NCBI GenBank assembly: GCA_964573055.1
Contig: CAZNIG010000009.1
Span: 103-64,102, forward strand
DNA from: an uncultured Dehalococcoidia bacterium
Lineage (GTDB): Bacteria > Chloroflexota > Dehalococcoidia > Lucifugimonadales > UBA2985
Length of the DNA stretch: 64,000 nt
Direction: 5' to 3'
Shown: positions 1-9,612 of the stretch, one piece after another
Layout of the letters: each line of letters opens with the position of its first letter
Numbering within the stretch: the stretch's first letter is position 1
Made by a program: the position numbers and the translations under genes
Notes under the pieces: generated by a model
What the model saw: the letters and a program-made list of their open reading frames with translations, nothing else
The model's database searches: none
Told to the model about the DNA's origin: nothing

Positions 1-398
1 TGAAAAAGGCTTTAGCCTCCGAGTCAGTCAACCCTATGGAGTTAAAAAAGAAGTTAGCAAGTGAAATAGTACTACAATATTACGACAAGAAAGCCGCGAT
101 TGAGTCCCAGTCAGGTTTTGAAAGTGTGGTCCAGAGAGGTGAAATCCCAGCAGAGGCAATAACCCAGATACCAGCGCCGATGCAAGTTGACACAGGCGAG
201 AAGGTCGACTTGGTTCAATTCCTTGTAGACCTGAAACTTAGTAAAAGCACTAGCGAAGCTAAACGTCTTCTTGAACAAAAAGCCATCAAAATTGACGGAA
301 GCACTCTGGAGGAGCGTTACTGCCCCCTATACACTGGATCATTGATCCAAGCTGGCAAGCGGCGCTTCTTCAGAATAGTAAGTCCAAAAACTTTGTAA
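1..398 (+). CDS. tyrS: Tyrosyl-tRNA synthetase, C-terminal fragment (S4-like RNA-binding domain); the 5' end lies outside the window
   Basis: The reading frame is open from the window edge (codon phase from nt 3). The ...NPMELKKKLASEIVLQYY... and KRLLEQKAIKIDG motifs are typical of the TyrRS C-terminal S4-like domain. Confidence 0.7.
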   Translation, partial: KKALASESVNPMELKKKLASEIVLQYYDKKAAIESQSGFESVVQRGEIPAEAITQIPAPMQVDTGEKVDLVQFLVDLKLSKSTSEAKRLLEQKAIKIDGSTLEERYCPLYTGSLIQAGKRRFFRIVSPKTL

Positions 399-488
399 TT
401 ACATTATCTCCAACGGCTAAGATCAGACTACTCCACAAACTAAATCGTCAGTCAATCTGAAATTGGCCAGAAAATTGCTGTAAAAAAT

Positions 489-517
489 TTGGGATAAGCG
501 ATTTGGTGTGGTAAAAT
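489..517 (+). promoter_or_regulatory. Candidate sigma70-type promoter with extended -10 (TTGGGA-N17-TGgTAAAAT) upstream of the aminotransferase/serA operon
   Basis: TTGGGA at 489-494, TG at 509-510 and TAAAAT at 512-517. It would give a leader of about 200 nt. Confidence 0.3.
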
Positions 518-724
518 TCACGAGGTCTTCAGAAGGTCAATGCTGAGTGGACCAAATCCCATGACACGCCAAACGCTTGTATAGTTTTTCTAGTAAGGCT
601 CCGAAAGCAAGAATGAAGTCTGGGAATTGAAACGCCGAAGCTACCCTGTCTGGCGCGCATTTTTTACAAAGTGCCTACCAATAATTGAAGATTGTTAGTA
701 AATCGGGAGTTTGGAGGATGTTAG

Positions 725-1810
725 ATGAACCTACGTATACCTGGCCCAACGCCATGTCCGGATTATGTACTAGAAGCCATGACAAAACAGATGATAAATC
801 ACCGCGGCCCAGAATTTCGAGACATGATTTTTCGAGTTACCGATAACCTCAAGAAAGTGTTCCGTACAGAAAATGACCTGCTAATCCTAACAGGTTCTGG
901 CACTGGTGGTATGGAAGCCGCTATTGTTAACGTGCTTTCCCCAGGCGAAAAGGTTCTCAGCGTTTCCGTAGGTGTATTTGGTGATAGATTCGCGCAAATC
1001 GCAGAAATTCACGGGGCAGATGTAATACGCCTCCCATTTACGTGGGGGACTGCTGCAACTTCCGACGCCATAGACACAGCGCTAAAAGAAAACCAAGATA
1101 TAAAAGCCGTACTCATCACTCACAACGAGACCTCAACGGCAGTTACTAATGATATGGCTTCAATAAGCAAAGTAGTCAAGGGTCACGGAAAGTTACTAAT
1201 CGTAGACGCTATTAGTAGCTTGTCTTCATTACCCTTCTACACAGATGACTGGGGCTGCGACGTAGTAATAAGTGGCTCTCAGAAGGGATATATGGTACCT
1301 CCCGGATTGGCATTTGTTAGCGTCAGCAAAGAAGCTTGGGACGCCTTTAATAAAGCCACTATGCCGCGCTTCTATTGGGATTTCGGTAGAGCCAAAACAT
1401 ACTATGAACGTGGCCAAAACCCTTGGACGCCGGCCGTCAGTATAATATACGGCCTAGATGTAGCACTTGAGGCGATGTTGGATCAAGGAATGGACAGCAT
1501 ATACCAACACCATGCCAGAATGGGCAGCGTAGCTAGAGAAGGCATCAAACAACTTGGGCTTCAATTGTTCGCGGATGAAGGATGTGCCTCCAACACAGTT
1601 ACAGCAATCACTATGCCAGAAGGTATAGACGGAAGAGAATTGAGCCGAGAGGTACAAAACAATCACGAGGTCGTCCTCGCAGGAGGACAGGGAAGCCTTG
1701 AAGGTAAAATAGTCCGAATAGGTCATTTGGGCTACGTATCAGAAAAAGAAGTGGTTGAATCAGTAGATGCGATAGGACAAGTTCTTCCTAAAATGGCCGC
1801 AAAAATATAG
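725..1810 (+). CDS. Class V PLP aminotransferase (serine-glyoxylate / phosphoserine aminotransferase type)
   Basis: Contains the SGSQKGYMVPPGLAF PLP-lysine motif. Its length and its position directly upstream of serA suggest a phosphoserine aminotransferase role. Confidence 0.8.
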   Translation: MNLRIPGPTPCPDYVLEAMTKQMINHRGPEFRDMIFRVTDNLKKVFRTENDLLILTGSGTGGMEAAIVNVLSPGEKVLSVSVGVFGDRFAQIAEIHGADVIRLPFTWGTAATSDAIDTALKENQDIKAVLITHNETSTAVTNDMASISKVVKGHGKLLIVDAISSLSSLPFYTDDWGCDVVISGSQKGYMVPPGLAFVSVSKEAWDAFNKATMPRFYWDFGRAKTYYERGQNPWTPAVSIIYGLDVALEAMLDQGMDSIYQHHARMGSVAREGIKQLGLQLFADEGCASNTVTAITMPEGIDGRELSREVQNNHEVVLAGGQGSLEGKIVRIGHLGYVSEKEVVESVDAIGQVLPKMAAKI

Positions 1811-1867
1811 CGACCTACCGTAAGCATAAACATAAAATAGAACTCCACCATCGCCATAAGGAGAGTA

Positions 1868-3445
1868 ATGGCAAGAATCCTTATCTCAGATCCGTTGGCA
1901 AACGAAGGCATTGAATTGCTGAAGGCCCACGGTGATGTAGACGTCAAGCTGGGAATGACACCGGCAGAACTAATCAGCATAATACCCGAATACGACGCAC
2001 TGGTGGTGCGTAGTGAGACCAAGGTAACACCGGATGTTATTGATGCAGGTACAGCTTTATCGGTTATAGGAAGGGCTGGCGTTGGCGTAGACAACATTGA
2101 CCTGGAAGTTGCTACCCGAAGAGGCATCGCTGTGGTAAATGCACCTACTGGCAACACCTTAGCAGCGGCTGAGCACACAATAGCAATGATGTTGTCTCTA
2201 GCCAGAAATATCCCACAAGCCAACTCGTCTCTCAAGAGCGGACAGTGGACTCGCAGTGCTTTCACTGGAGTCGAGGTGAGTAATAAGACGCTTGGAGTTA
2301 TCGGGTTAGGAAAGGTCGGCGCAGAAGTGGCAAAAAGAGCCATTGGCCTCCAGATGCGAGTTTTGGGCTACGACCCATTCGTATCACGAGACCACGCCAA
2401 ATCCTTAGGCATAGATCTTGCTCCACTAGCCCAGATTTTTCAAGAATCTGATTTTATATGCTTGCACACTCCTCTTACAGACACAACACGCGGCCTAATC
2501 GGCGAAAAAGAAATATCCACAATGAAACCCACTGCGAGAATTCTAAACACCGCTAGGGGGGAATTGGTTGACGAAAAGGCGCTCCTTAAGGCTGTTGAAG
2601 AAGGCCGAATAGCCGGAGCAGCACTCGATGAGTTCTCAGAGGAACCTCCTACAAATAACCCACTTCTAGATAACCCGAAAATAATAGTGACCCCACATCT
2701 CGGCGCATCGACTCAAGAAGCACAAGCGGCAGTCGCCAAAGAAGTGGCTGAACAGGTTATATCCGTTCTTAAAGGCGATGGGGCAATATATACAGTCAAT
2801 GCACCTTTTGTTCTCCCAGAAACCCAGACCATCCTAGCTCCATACATAGAGGCAGCATCGTATGCTGGACGACTTGCTTCCCAACTGGCTGAAGGACAGC
2901 TAATGGCAATAAGCCTCCTATATAATGGGGAAATTGCGACATACGATACAAATATTCTAAAGGCTGCGGCACTTATGGGATTGCTAGGACCAGTTAGTGA
3001 TGAGCAAGTAAACCTTGTAAACGCCAGTGTGATAGCAGATCAACGTGGCCTAAGGCTTACGGAACAAAAAGGACCAGCGGTGGAAAAATACGGAAATTTA
3101 ATCACTATAGAAGTCACCACATCCGAAGGTACAACTGTAGTTTCAGGAGCCCATATGCGGGACCAGACCCGCATCGTCCAAGTCGACAACTACTGGATCG
3201 ACATTGTAGCTGACACTGGTTACATGCTCTTCACAGACCACCAAGACAGGCCTGGTATGATAGGATCTGTGGGCACCATAATGGGTGAACAAGATATCAA
3301 TATAGGTTTCATGGAAGTAGGCCGAAAGGAACCTAGAGGCCGGGCTACAATGATATTGGGGCTTGATGATCCGATGCCAGAACAAGTTCTGGACGAGATA
3401 AGAGCCTTACCAAATGTGTACCAAGTGAAATTAGTACAACTCTAA
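1868..3445 (+). CDS. serA: D-3-phosphoglycerate dehydrogenase (long form with C-terminal ACT domain)
   Basis: 525 aa. It has the GVIGLGKVGAEVA Rossmann motif, the TPHLGAST catalytic region and a C-terminal ACT-like regulatory domain. Confidence 0.9.
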   Translation: MARILISDPLANEGIELLKAHGDVDVKLGMTPAELISIIPEYDALVVRSETKVTPDVIDAGTALSVIGRAGVGVDNIDLEVATRRGIAVVNAPTGNTLAAAEHTIAMMLSLARNIPQANSSLKSGQWTRSAFTGVEVSNKTLGVIGLGKVGAEVAKRAIGLQMRVLGYDPFVSRDHAKSLGIDLAPLAQIFQESDFICLHTPLTDTTRGLIGEKEISTMKPTARILNTARGELVDEKALLKAVEEGRIAGAALDEFSEEPPTNNPLLDNPKIIVTPHLGASTQEAQAAVAKEVAEQVISVLKGDGAIYTVNAPFVLPETQTILAPYIEAASYAGRLASQLAEGQLMAISLLYNGEIATYDTNILKAAALMGLLGPVSDEQVNLVNASVIADQRGLRLTEQKGPAVEKYGNLITIEVTTSEGTTVVSGAHMRDQTRIVQVDNYWIDIVADTGYMLFTDHQDRPGMIGSVGTIMGEQDINIGFMEVGRKEPRGRATMILGLDDPMPEQVLDEIRALPNVYQVKLVQL

Positions 3446-3581
3446 GTACAAAATACCCTGCTCTCCCACACCCTATAAACAACTTTCGGCTAATTGAAGG
3501 TCTAGGTTGATTTACCATATCAATGGCTTAGACTATAATTCGCTAGGGTTACATATTCACTTAATATACTAGGAGGGCCAT

Positions 3582-4427
3582 ATGACACAGCGTATTGGAA
3601 TAATCGGTTCGGGAATAATGGGAGCTGGTATAGCTCAAATCGCCGCTCAAAATGGTTATGAAATCATCCTAGTGGACGTAGGACAAGATCAGCTAGACAG
3701 GGCCGTACAAAGGATAACCGCGGGGCTCGAACGCGGTGTCCAAAGAGGATTTGTCGAAGAATCCGTAAAAGATGCCGCCATCAAGAATATCCAAACCACC
3801 CTAAATCTGGAAGAAGGTGCCCAAGCTCCACTCATAATTGAAAACATATGGGAGGAACAGGGGCCCAAAGAAGAGCTTCTCAAAAAGCTCGACCAGCTAG
3901 CACCCGCTGAATCTATACTGGCATCCAACACCTCCACTATTCCAATCACTGAACTGGCTACGGCCACCAATCGGCCAGAAAAGGTTATAGGAATGCACTT
4001 CTTCAACCCACCGTATGCTATGAACCTAGTTGAGGTAGTCAAAGGCTATCACACAAGCGAGGAGACAATTCAGTCTATAGTGCAAATAACAGAATCTCTG
4101 GGGAAACGTCCTGTAATAATGACAGACTCAGCGGGCTTTGTAGTCAATAGACTTATTGCTCCATTCTTAAACGAAGCCACCTTCTTACTACAAGAAGGAG
4201 TCGCCACTAAAGAAGATATAGATGAGTGCGTCCGTTCAGGCCTTAATCATCCCATGGGACCATTCCAACTAATGGATTTGGTAGGACTAGACATTACACT
4301 CCACGAAATCTCTTCCGTATTCGCCCGAACCGGAGATTCCAAGTATCGGCCCAGTCAGTTGCTAAAGCGAATGGTTGCAGCTGGACAATTGGGTCGAAAA
4401 ACAGGAAAAGGCTGGTATGAATATTAA
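3582..4427 (+). CDS. hbd: 3-hydroxybutyryl-CoA / 3-hydroxyacyl-CoA dehydrogenase
   Basis: N-terminal IGIIGSGIMGAGIAQ motif, plus the conserved HFFNP and GFVVNRL motifs. Confidence 0.85.
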   Translation: MTQRIGIIGSGIMGAGIAQIAAQNGYEIILVDVGQDQLDRAVQRITAGLERGVQRGFVEESVKDAAIKNIQTTLNLEEGAQAPLIIENIWEEQGPKEELLKKLDQLAPAESILASNTSTIPITELATATNRPEKVIGMHFFNPPYAMNLVEVVKGYHTSEETIQSIVQITESLGKRPVIMTDSAGFVVNRLIAPFLNEATFLLQEGVATKEDIDECVRSGLNHPMGPFQLMDLVGLDITLHEISSVFARTGDSKYRPSQLLKRMVAAGQLGRKTGKGWYEY

Positions 4428-4528
4428 AAGCATCAAGTCTAGCTCCTATAGTCCTGCACCATAATCAGCAGATTAATGAGGACATAATAGTAAGTTTGAT
4501 GAAAATGCTGTAAGAGCAGGAGGGTAAT

Positions 4529-5215
4529 ATGCCAGATCAGATCTCCACTGCAACCGTCAGTTTCAAATCTAACGGTGATATCGCAAACGGATATCTAGCT
4601 TATCCAACTGACAAGGTCCAAAGCCCAGCCATCATTGTCATTCAAGAATGGTGGGGTGTAGATGAGCATATTAAAGACATCACCGAAAGATTAGCTAGGT
4701 TAGGCTTCGCAGCTCTAGCACCTGACCTATACCACGGCCAAATTACATCCGAACCAGATGAAGCCAGAAAACTGGCCATGAGCCTTGAATATGACAAAGC
4801 TGCCAAAGAAATAGATGGTGCTGCCCATTGGCTCACACAACAGCCATTCGCGGCTGGGCCGCATTTTGGCTGCATAGGCTTCTGTATGGGAGGTGGTTTG
4901 GCCTTAACTACAGCTATCCGAAATGATAGCGTTGCTGCAACGATAGTTTATTATGGCGGCCTTCCCAACCCAGCATCTAGACTGGAATCTATCCACTCGC
5001 CCGTCTTAGCATTCTACGGTGAAGGTGAGTCTGAAAGGGCTAACCAACTCCAAGAAACTCTGATCAACCACAACAAACCTATTGAACTCCACATATACGA
5101 GAAGGCTGCGCACGGGTTTTTCAATGACACCAACAAAAGCGGCTATGATATCAAGGCAGCAAGCGACTCATGGCCACGCGCTATCGCATTCTTCAGGACA
5201 TTGATAACAAACTGA
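4529..5215 (+). CDS. Dienelactone hydrolase family protein
   Basis: IVIQEWWGVDEHIKD motif and the GFCMGG nucleophile-elbow variant typical of the DLH fold. Confidence 0.8.
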   Translation: MPDQISTATVSFKSNGDIANGYLAYPTDKVQSPAIIVIQEWWGVDEHIKDITERLARLGFAALAPDLYHGQITSEPDEARKLAMSLEYDKAAKEIDGAAHWLTQQPFAAGPHFGCIGFCMGGGLALTTAIRNDSVAATIVYYGGLPNPASRLESIHSPVLAFYGEGESERANQLQETLINHNKPIELHIYEKAAHGFFNDTNKSGYDIKAASDSWPRAIAFFRTLITN

Positions 5216-5346
5216 CAAGATAAATGCCATTGGCTCTACCTGCCAGCAAGCATGCTAGCAAACAAAAAATAAACCACCTAATAGCTTGGATATAATCTTA
5301 GTCTAGAAATTACATTTCGGGTCACCGTAAAAGGAGTGGATTAAAT

Positions 5347-6993
5347 ATGATAGGCAATCAAGTGATATCTGAAATTATGAAACTCGAAGGAACGGAATAC
5401 CTGTTCTGCTATCCTGCTAACACGCTGATAGAAAGCGCTGCAATAGCGGGTATCAAGCCGATAATGTCACGAACTGAAAGAACCACGGTAAACATGGCTG
5501 ACGGATACTCGCGTGTAAGTAATGGCCACAAAATTGGCGTGGTAGTTACTCAGTCTGGCCCAGGGGTTGAAAATGCATTTTCCGGGGTGGCTCACGCATA
5601 CGCGGAGTCAACACCAATACTAGTAATTCCTGGTGGTACAGCGCGATCAAAATCTGGCCAACCACCAGACTTTGATGCTATATCAGCCTACAGAAGCGTA
5701 ACAAAATGGGCTTCACTAGTGAACCAAGTCGACCGAATCCCAGAAATGATGCGGCGAGCATATACCTTTCTAAGATCTGGCAGGCTAGGACCAGTTATGC
5801 TACAAGTACCTGCTGACGTTTCTCAAGAAAGTATAGGCGGGACTGCCCTCAATTATAGAGCCGTTAAGGGATTTAAAAGTGCTGGTGACCAAGCAGATGT
5901 CTCGGCTGCAATGCAAGCATTGCTCGCAGCCAAGAATCCCATAATATACGCTGGCCAGGGAGTGCTTTGGGCGGAAGCATCTACCGAACTAGTAGAATTC
6001 GCTGAATTGCTAGACATACCCGTGATGACAACAAACACTGGCAAGAGTTCTTTCCCAGAAAATCATGCTTTATCGCTAGGAACCGGGGCAAGTACTATGA
6101 CTAAGATGGTCAGACACTTCCTAGACAAAGCTGATTTAGTATTAGGTATAGGGTGCAGCTTCACTACCAATCTTGCTTCAGTAGGGATTCCGCCAGGAAA
6201 AACATTGATTCAATGCACAATTGACGAGAAAGACCTGAATAAAGAACAGCAAATAGATCACGCAATAATTGGTGATGCTCGTCTAGTCCTCCGACAACTC
6301 ATCTCTGAAGCTAAAACCCAGGCTAGTAACGAAAAACTCAACGGTAATAAATCGAAAGCAGAAGAGGTTAAAACAATTAAAGAAGAGTGGCTATCTGAAT
6401 GGATGCCACTCCTAACATCCGATGAAGTACCCATTAACCCTTACAGAGTAATCTGGGATATTATGCAAGCAGTGGATAGGTCCAACACGATTGTGACACA
6501 TGACTCCGGACATCCAAGAGACCAGACAATCCCCTTCTATGAAACGATATGCCCCAGAGGCTACCTAGGTTGGGGTAACTCATCTCAGCTTGGATATAGC
6601 CTAGGACTAGCTATGGGGGCTAAACTTGGAGACCCTGACAAACTAGTGATAAACATAATGGGAGATGCAGCTATAGGTATGGCCGGCATGGATATAGAGA
6701 CCGCTGTCAGGCTGAAGATACCTATATTGACTATAGTACTAAACAACCACGTACTCAGCGGGTATTCCAAAAATTACCCTATTGCCACTGAGCGTTTTGG
6801 CTTTACAAACCTCTATGGTAACTACTCCGATCTGGCGAAAGCACTGGGAGCCCATGCTGAACGGGTCGAGGTGCCTCAGGAAATAATCCCAGCTATTAAT
6901 CGTGCACTAGAAGCTATGGACACAGGATGCCCTGCACTTATAGAAATTATGACTAAAGAAGAAAACAGACTTTCAAGATATCCTGCTTCCTAG
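5347..6993 (+). CDS. Thiamine-pyrophosphate-dependent enzyme (acetolactate synthase large-subunit-like)
   Basis: Three-domain length (548 aa). The TPP-binding motif GDAAIGMAGMDIETAVRLKIPILTIVLNN is present. Confidence 0.8.
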   Translation: MIGNQVISEIMKLEGTEYLFCYPANTLIESAAIAGIKPIMSRTERTTVNMADGYSRVSNGHKIGVVVTQSGPGVENAFSGVAHAYAESTPILVIPGGTARSKSGQPPDFDAISAYRSVTKWASLVNQVDRIPEMMRRAYTFLRSGRLGPVMLQVPADVSQESIGGTALNYRAVKGFKSAGDQADVSAAMQALLAAKNPIIYAGQGVLWAEASTELVEFAELLDIPVMTTNTGKSSFPENHALSLGTGASTMTKMVRHFLDKADLVLGIGCSFTTNLASVGIPPGKTLIQCTIDEKDLNKEQQIDHAIIGDARLVLRQLISEAKTQASNEKLNGNKSKAEEVKTIKEEWLSEWMPLLTSDEVPINPYRVIWDIMQAVDRSNTIVTHDSGHPRDQTIPFYETICPRGYLGWGNSSQLGYSLGLAMGAKLGDPDKLVINIMGDAAIGMAGMDIETAVRLKIPILTIVLNNHVLSGYSKNYPIATERFGFTNLYGNYSDLAKALGAHAERVEVPQEIIPAINRALEAMDTGCPALIEIMTKEENRLSRYPAS

Positions 6994-7088
6994 GATGGCA
7001 TATTATCTCAACTTTTATAGCGTTGGATATAAGCCTTCTATCACTCTACTGAATTCTGCACCTTGATATAATTCTGACTAAACCTGAA

Positions 7089-7991
7089 TTAAGCCAATGT
7101 TAGAACCGCTACACCAGCCACAACCATAGAAGTCGAGAGCAGTTTCAACGGCAAAGTTTCTCTAGTAAAAGGCTCATCCAAAAATCTCAACACTGGTATG
7201 CTCAAAATGCCAGTTATAGCTAATACAAAAAGCGGACGAACAGAAATAAGAGTTGAGGCCAATGAAACTGGCCCTAGGTAAAGTGCCCCCAACATCGCTA
7301 ATATGGCTACAGGTGCCACCACTATTTCAGCTATGACGAAAACCCTAACGCAAGCCATATTAGATGCGAGACGCCTTACTTGACTGACAACTCCAGCCTG
7401 ATAACCTGCTACAAATAGTACCAAGCCTAAGCACACAGCTCTCATTGCAAATAAATCCCAAAACTCTATCCCATCCAAGGCGTATTTATATGTCACGTTT
7501 GCGATAGCATTCAACACACTACCAAGTAATACCAAAAGATAAACGAAAGCCTTGCTAGTGCTGGTGGTCTGCTGCCCAGGGCTAGTCGTAATTAGCCCTG
7601 CTCCAACCACGGTAATGAATATAGCACCCCACTGAAAAGCCGAAAGATTTTCTCCTAAGAATATCGAAGCCATAATAGCCACAAATACTGGATAAGTATG
7701 CGCAATTGGAATAACCCGCGATACCTCCAGACGGCTAAAACCATAGAACATCAACATCGTCCCCAAACCCCAGGATAAGCCTGAACTCATACCAATCAGC
7801 AACATTGCCAAACTTGGGCTTGAGTCCCATGGATCGATCACTAATATCAAAGCCGCCATCAGAAACTGTAGTAACCCTACCAAGAAACAGAAAACCCTAA
7901 CTGGCATGTATGCAGCCAGGAGTTTCTTATCAAGAACTGCAACTATAGCAAACAGGAACGCGCTAAGCAGCGATACCGATACCCAATCCAA
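7089..7991 (-). CDS. EamA/DMT family transporter
   Basis: About 10 predicted TM helices arranged as two EamA-like halves; 300 aa. Confidence 0.7.
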   Translation of the reverse strand: MDWVSVSLLSAFLFAIVAVLDKKLLAAYMPVRVFCFLVGLLQFLMAALILVIDPWDSSPSLAMLLIGMSSGLSWGLGTMLMFYGFSRLEVSRVIPIAHTYPVFVAIMASIFLGENLSAFQWGAIFITVVGAGLITTSPGQQTTSTSKAFVYLLVLLGSVLNAIANVTYKYALDGIEFWDLFAMRAVCLGLVLFVAGYQAGVVSQVRRLASNMACVRVFVIAEIVVAPVAILAMLGALYLGPVSLASTLISVRPLFVLAITGILSIPVLRFLDEPFTRETLPLKLLSTSMVVAGVAVLTLA

Positions 7992-8238
7992 AGTAATTCT
8001 CCGTACATCTGCATTCTTGTAATGATAAGAGAGATATTACCACTGTTGATATAGAAATAACGAACCAGTTATGCTGTATTTCACAAATTAAGAGAAAATA
8101 TTGACCAAAATATATTTTCATAAATGGTCAAAGAGGGGATAATTTATGCAGATAAACACTACAGCGACCCTAATACAGATACAGGGTCATAAGCAAAAGA
8201 GCTTAACCAAAATACGAACGAGATAGAGGAGGCATATC

Positions 8239-8613
8239 ATGTCCTACGACATAACTGTTGTAATTGACGACCTACCTGGTACCTTGGCTAAAGTAGGAGA
8301 GGTGTTAGGCAACGCAGGAGTTAACATAGAAGGATACTGTTCTTTCCCATCTGGAGGCAAAAGCTATCTGCATGTCCTTCTAGATGAAGTCACAGACGCT
8401 CGGCGCGTGTTAGCAGAGAACGGCATAGAAATAGCTGAAGAACGGGAAGTGATTACCCTTGACATGGAAGATCTCCCTGGAGAAATGGGTAGGAAAGCGA
8501 GACTCGTCGCAGACGCTGGCATCAATATCCATATGGTCTACATGGGAACAAATTCAAGACTGGTAATAGTAGCCTATGATCTTGACAATGCCAAAGCAGC
8601 GTTAGGGGTTTAG
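8239..8613 (+). CDS. ACT domain-containing protein
   Basis: Two small beta-alpha-beta-beta-alpha-beta-like halves (VVIDDLPGTLAKVGEVLGNAGVNIEG). A GGAGG SD lies upstream. Confidence 0.55.
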   Translation: MSYDITVVIDDLPGTLAKVGEVLGNAGVNIEGYCSFPSGGKSYLHVLLDEVTDARRVLAENGIEIAEEREVITLDMEDLPGEMGRKARLVADAGINIHMVYMGTNSRLVIVAYDLDNAKAALGV

Positions 8614-8661
8614 AGCGACTGCCTGACCTGGTTAGGTCAAAAGTATACCGCCCTATATTTA

Positions 8662-8735
8662 TGGCTGCCCGGCCTGGATTCGAACCAGGGGCAGGGGATT
8701 CAAAGTCCCCTGTGCTACCGCTGCACCACCGGGCA
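8662..8735 (-). tRNA. tRNA-Gln (anticodon TTG), CCA encoded
   Basis: Manual cloverleaf. Acceptor TGCCCGG/CCGGGCA, anticodon stem GGGGA/TCCCC with loop CTTTGAA, T-arm CCTGG-TTCGAAT-CCAGG; 74 nt. Confidence 0.85.
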
Positions 8736-8820
8736 AAGGCCACCAAAGAATCGAAAGCCATTGTAATACTGTAGATGGCATAGGTCAAAACCAAACTCGT
8801 ATTTTGTTTATCACTCCTAA

Positions 8821-8850
8821 TTGACACCTAATATAATAGAGATTTATAAT
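8821..8850 (+). promoter_or_regulatory. Candidate promoter of the rpmH-rnpA operon (TTGACA-N18-TATAAT)
   Basis: TTGACA at 8821-8826 and TATAAT at 8845-8850, 14 nt upstream of the rpmH ATG region. Confidence 0.4.
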
Positions 8851-8864
8851 CTGAACGATTAGAT

Positions 8865-9002
8865 ATGCCTAAAAGAACGTATCAACCAAAAGTTAGACGA
8901 AGAAAGCGATCTCACGGGTTCTTCGCCCGAATGCAAACCAGAGGCGGACAAAACGTGCTAAGACGGCGAAGATTCAGAGGTCGGGAAAAGCTTACTGTCT
9001 AA
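8865..9002 (+). CDS. rpmH: 50S ribosomal protein L34 (not in the ORF track; 45 aa)
   Basis: Translates to [45 protein letters not shown], a canonical L34 sequence. It sits directly upstream of rnpA. Confidence 0.95.
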   Translation: MPKRTYQPKVRRRKRSHGFFARMQTRGGQNVLRRRRFRGREKLTV

Positions 9003-9043
9003 AAGCCGACACGCAACAGCTCTCCGAGCCAGCGCTTGGTTCT

Positions 9044-9403
9044 ATGCAAAAGGATCTACGCCTCAGGAAATCACGCGACTTTTCGAATGTACATAGATTT
9101 GGAACGTCGTGGGCCAATGACCTCCTAGTTCTGAGAGTTGTCTCTAATGGAACTAGTGACAGAAGCCGGTTCGGCTTCTCGGTCGGCAAAAGGACTGGTA
9201 ACGCTGTAGTTAGGAACAAAACCAAGCGACGACTCAGAGAAATAATGAGAACATCGCACATCCAAGGTGGGTTGGACGTGGTCATCATAGCAAGAGCAAA
9301 ATCCGGATCTTCTAGCTACAAAGAAATTGAAAAGTCAGCAATGAGCCTTCTTGGCAGGGCGAACCTCCTGTCACATATGCCAGGCACTGAGATTAAACCC
9401 TAA
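9044..9403 (+). CDS. rnpA: Ribonuclease P protein component
   Basis: RNR-type motif GNAVVRNKTKRRLRE, and conserved synteny after rpmH. Confidence 0.9.
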   Translation: MQKDLRLRKSRDFSNVHRFGTSWANDLLVLRVVSNGTSDRSRFGFSVGKRTGNAVVRNKTKRRLREIMRTSHIQGGLDVVIIARAKSGSSSYKEIEKSAMSLLGRANLLSHMPGTEIKP

Positions 9404-9612
9404 TGAATAAAATAGCGCTAGCAACGATTAAAATATACCAAATCGCTGTATCGCCGTATCTCCCATCATTTTGCCGATACCAACCAAGTTGTTCGCACTA
9501 CGCGCATGAAGCGCTTTCTAGATACGGAATACGCCGAGGATCGATGATGACTCTAGGTAGATTAATTAGATGTAGCCCGTTCGGGCACATGGGTGCAGAC
9601 CCTGTCCCGTAG
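9403..9612 (+). CDS. yidD: Membrane protein insertion efficiency factor YidD
   Basis: YQIAVSPYLPSFCRYQPSCSHYAHEAL signature. Its start overlaps the rnpA stop. Confidence 0.9.
   Translation: MNKIALATIKIYQIAVSPYLPSFCRYQPSCSHYAHEALSRYGIRRGSMMTLGRLIRCSPFGHMGADPVP

Noticed and set aside
520-665. A glycine riboswitch or T-box in the serine-operon leader.
   Set aside because: There are only fragmentary matches (CGCCGAAGC, CTCCGAAAGCAA). The GGAGAG/CTCAGGCAAAAGGAC elements and the T-box GGGTGGTACCGCG sequence are absent. The region is kept only as an unclassified long leader.
1732-2343. Long antisense ORFs overlapping well-supported genes. They are 1732-2343(-), 11664-12065(-), 18477-19001(+), 25302-25730(+), 29962-30465(+), 31885-32340(+), 33147-33503(-) and 62979-63407(+).
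   Set aside because: Each lies entirely inside a gene with strong family motifs on the other strand. They have Ser/Pro/Arg/Thr-rich low-information compositions, lack SD sequences and lack recognisable motifs. This is typical of shadow ORFs.
8101-8131. The 7-bp inverted repeat TTGACCA-N17-TGGTCAA upstream of the ACT-domain gene, and the GGATATTATATCC palindrome (25890-25902) upstream of the MFS transporter, considered as operators.
   Set aside because: They are short, single-copy and AT-rich, with no adjacent regulator gene. The second simply contains a TATAAT box on the gene strand. There is not enough support to call them binding sites.
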